Source: Hypanus sabinus (lineage: Eukaryota). From it: a DNA stretch of 64,000 nt. The notes below the pieces were generated by a model. The model searched no databases and was not told where the DNA came from. It saw only the letters and a program-made list of their open reading frames with translations. Made by a program: the position numbers and the translations under genes. The stretch covers positions 36,270,001 through 36,334,000 of the forward strand of contig NC_082727.1 of NCBI RefSeq assembly GCF_030144855.1, read 5' to 3'. This document shows positions 61,440 to 64,000 of the stretch, piece after piece (position 1 is the first letter of the stretch; each line of letters starts with the position of its first letter).

Positions 61440-62034
61440 AAGGATGCCAATTTTTTAAGACAAATAACAGATGAGGCGGGATCTAGACAGGATTGAGACT
61501 GGATTATCCTGGACTGGTCATTGTGGCTATGAGAATGAATAATTAACAATTTTGTCCTGCATGGGCTGATTAGAGAGTGAACATAATAGATTAGTATTCT
61601 TCATTAATATGCTGGGTGAAGTCACAGAATGAAATCAAGGGTGTGAATATGAGCAAATGAAATTATGAGGACCCATTTGATTGGCAAACTATTCAATGGG
61701 TTGATCGTGAATGGGCACTGTATGATGTTTGAAGAATGAACTACAACAATAATTCATTCCTGATTGGTACGAAAAGAAAATTCAGGAAAGATGGTTCAAC
61801 ACTATGAGGGAAATTAGGCATAGAATTAGCCCCCCCCCAAAATCAGCACATTTTGTATTGGAAGCAGCTCAGAGTTCAGCCAAGGAGTCCAGAAAGATTG
61901 ATTCAGAGGGGTATAATGAGGCATGAGAGTAAACTGGCAGCGGACATAAAACTGATAGGATATATGGAGAAGTAAAAAAAGATGGTGATCAGAATTGTAG
62001 ATTGTTTACAATCAGAAACAGGGAGAATTATAAT
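61440..62034 (+). mobile_element. Degenerate CR1 ORF2 fragment
   Basis: CR1-like stretches (atcctggactggtcattgtg..aatgag, gcatgagagtaaactggcagcggacataaaactga). Confidence 0.55.
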
Positions 62035-62036
62035 TA

Positions 62037-62824
62037 CAGTCGGCCCTCCATATCCGCGGGGGTTCAGGGATATGGACCCCCCCCCCCCCCGCGGATACCA
62101 AAAATCTAGGATGCTTAAGTCCCTTATTTAACCTGTCTGAATGCGATGGTCTTTAGGACCCAGCGGAACCCCGGAGTTTATTTAACTTTTATTAGTAAGG
62201 AGCGCATTAGGACCTGGCGCAGCTCTGAATCGGCAATGTTTCCGTTTACAAAAATAATCACGAATAAAAATAAAGTGGAAGTAATAAAGCGATCAGAAAG
62301 AGCTGACACGCTGACGGTCATTGGAAAAGCGTTAGGCTACAGGCGCTCAACGATCGGAACAATTTTAATGAAGGATGTGAAGGCTACACAGGTTACCCGA
62401 TGAAAGCTACAATTATTACTAAGCGACAAAGTGGTTTAATTATTGAAATACGTATGTTTCTTTAGTGTTTTATATGCCGAGTAAGGTAAAATATATACTA
62501 TATACGAAGAAAAACGTTTGACTAACTGATGCTAAATAATACCGGAGGTACCTTTTCCGACTTCAAATCCGACTTAAGGACAGTGACAGGAACGAAACTC
62601 CTTCATAACCCGGGGACTGCCTGTACTTTTAAATCATTTCAAGATTACTTATAATACCTAATACAATGTAAATTCTATGGAAATAGTTGTTATACAGTAT
62701 TGTTTAGGGAAAAATGACAAAAAAAAAGTTTGTATATGCTCAAACAACAAGTGCTGGAGGGAGAACCGCTCCGCGGTTGGTTGAATCCCCGCATGCGGAA
62801 TCCGCGCATAAGGAGGGCCGACTG
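62037..62824 (+). mobile_element. Non-autonomous Tigger/pogo (Tc1-mariner) DNA transposon
   Basis: TIRs CAGTCGGCCCTCC / GGAGGGCCGACTG flanked by TA TSDs (62035-36 and 62825-26). Remnant HTH-psq KVEVIKRSER...IGKALGYRRSTIGTIL. Confidence 0.9.
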
Positions 62825-63099
62825 TAGCTGAAAAGGAATGGTCAGAACAACCCATTACACTGGCATTTTCTGACACGTAGATTATTTCTATGATTAAGCA
62901 ATGCTTATATAGAAAATGCTTCCAAATTGCTTTTAATTACCTCAGTGTTATGTTAACTATTAATATGAATTTCTAGTGATAATAAGGAAGTAGCTGGTAG
63001 TGCAAAGATCGAACATCAGACGCAACAACGGAGACTCAGCAGAAGAAGAACCGCACAAACTGAGAAAGAGCACAATTTGCTTTCCATCCAACGAACATC

Positions 63100-63104
63100 A
63101 TGAG
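63100..63104 (+). CDS. IFIT exon 1 (ATG AG|GTAAAG) of a further copy whose exon 2 lies beyond the window
   Basis: acgaacatcATGAG|gtaaag, with a TTTGCTTTC motif just upstream. Downstream 63745-64000 is homologous to the B2 intron at 42915-43170. Confidence 0.65.
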
Positions 63105-64000
63105 GTAAAGGATGTTTCCTTGCAGTTTACCTTTATGTACAGATCATTATAGAGGAGGTGGTTTACGAAAAATAGTGGATCATAGTGCACTAACTATGAA
63201 ATGCCAAGAGTGGACACACACAGGCTAACACGGTAGTTGAATGATGAGACTTTAGGGTGATTCCTACATTACTCTGCTGGGGTGGAAACAGTGCAGGGAA
63301 TTGCAGTGCTTTACTGTTATTTTTGTTATTAACATGTAATAAAAAGGCAGTAAACACGAGATTTGTATCTGATTCCTGACTTCTGAAGAGCCTTCTGTTC
63401 TGTCTGATCTCCAGATCCAACAGCAGTTCAAGGGATCATAAATAATCCTCACTCACGGCAGGAGAGGCAAGAGGAGTAGGAGAGTAGGAGTCTGATCAAG
63501 TCGGTTTATCTGCACTTGTCTTCCTCAGACAGGGGTCTTCGGTGGAATACGACTGAGAACAATGACATTATTTGAAAAGCTTAGCAGTCAGCGTAATCAC
63601 TTTATCATGGATTGATTTCCATGGTAATTTGTAAGGAATGGGGACATTCTCTCTGTGACTGTGTGTGCTTCCTCTGGGTATTCGACTGTGATAGAACATT
63701 TCAAAGATGTGCGGGTTAGGGTTAGCATTTAGCTGTGCTGGAATCGTGGTGACACACTTGTTGGTGGCCCTATGCAATTCTTTTTGATCTGATATAATGT
63801 CAAACAATGCATTTCACTTATGCTTTGATATACATGTGACATGTGAAAAGCTAATCTTTAATCTTCAAATTTTTAAAAGTATGAATTGATCCAGCTCTGC
63901 CATACACTACAGCCACATAGATTTGAGCATGTTGGAGCCTATGGGCTGCATTCAGTACTGAGGTAATACACCAGAGGAACATGCTACTCTAAACTGTCAT

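Noticed and set aside
1-64000. CRISPR arrays, rRNA, genuine tRNA genes or prokaryotic systems
   Set aside because: None seen. tRNA-like heads belong to SINEs, and the sequence is eukaryotic.

Overview
Repeat-rich vertebrate genomic DNA, probably from a cartilaginous fish (ray/skate-like). The host inference rests on HE1-like V-SINEs, HER1/CR1 LINEs and abundant Penelope fragments. The window holds a tandem cluster of IFIT (interferon-induced tetratricopeptide-repeat, IFIT5-like) genes on the + strand, in the classic IFIT layout: a tiny exon 1 (ATG AG|GT), a phase-2 intron, and one long exon 2 starting with the CHFTW motif. Two copies have open reading frames: copy A (exon 2 at 19402-20812, about 471 aa) and copy B2 (exon 2 at 43910-45344, about 479 aa). 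Four copies are pseudogenes: B1, C1, D and C2. A further exon 1 at 63100 predicts another copy just past the window end. The cluster arose by segmental duplication with deletions and chimerism. Notable points: (1) a decayed second C-terminal IFIT half directly behind copy A, suggesting an ancestral ~740 aa '1.5x' IFIT; (2) a ~200-250 bp tract nearly identical between otherwise divergent paralogs, ending at a variable RNA-pocket codon; (3) re-wiring of exon 1/promoter modules between paralogs; (4) an intact ISRE and exon 1 in front of a dead copy; (5) a 26-bp exact IFIT coding fragment inside an intron. The rest is transposable-element debris (CR1, Rex1, Penelope, Gypsy, solo LTRs, hAT, Tigger, SINEs). 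All alignments and counts were done by eye.
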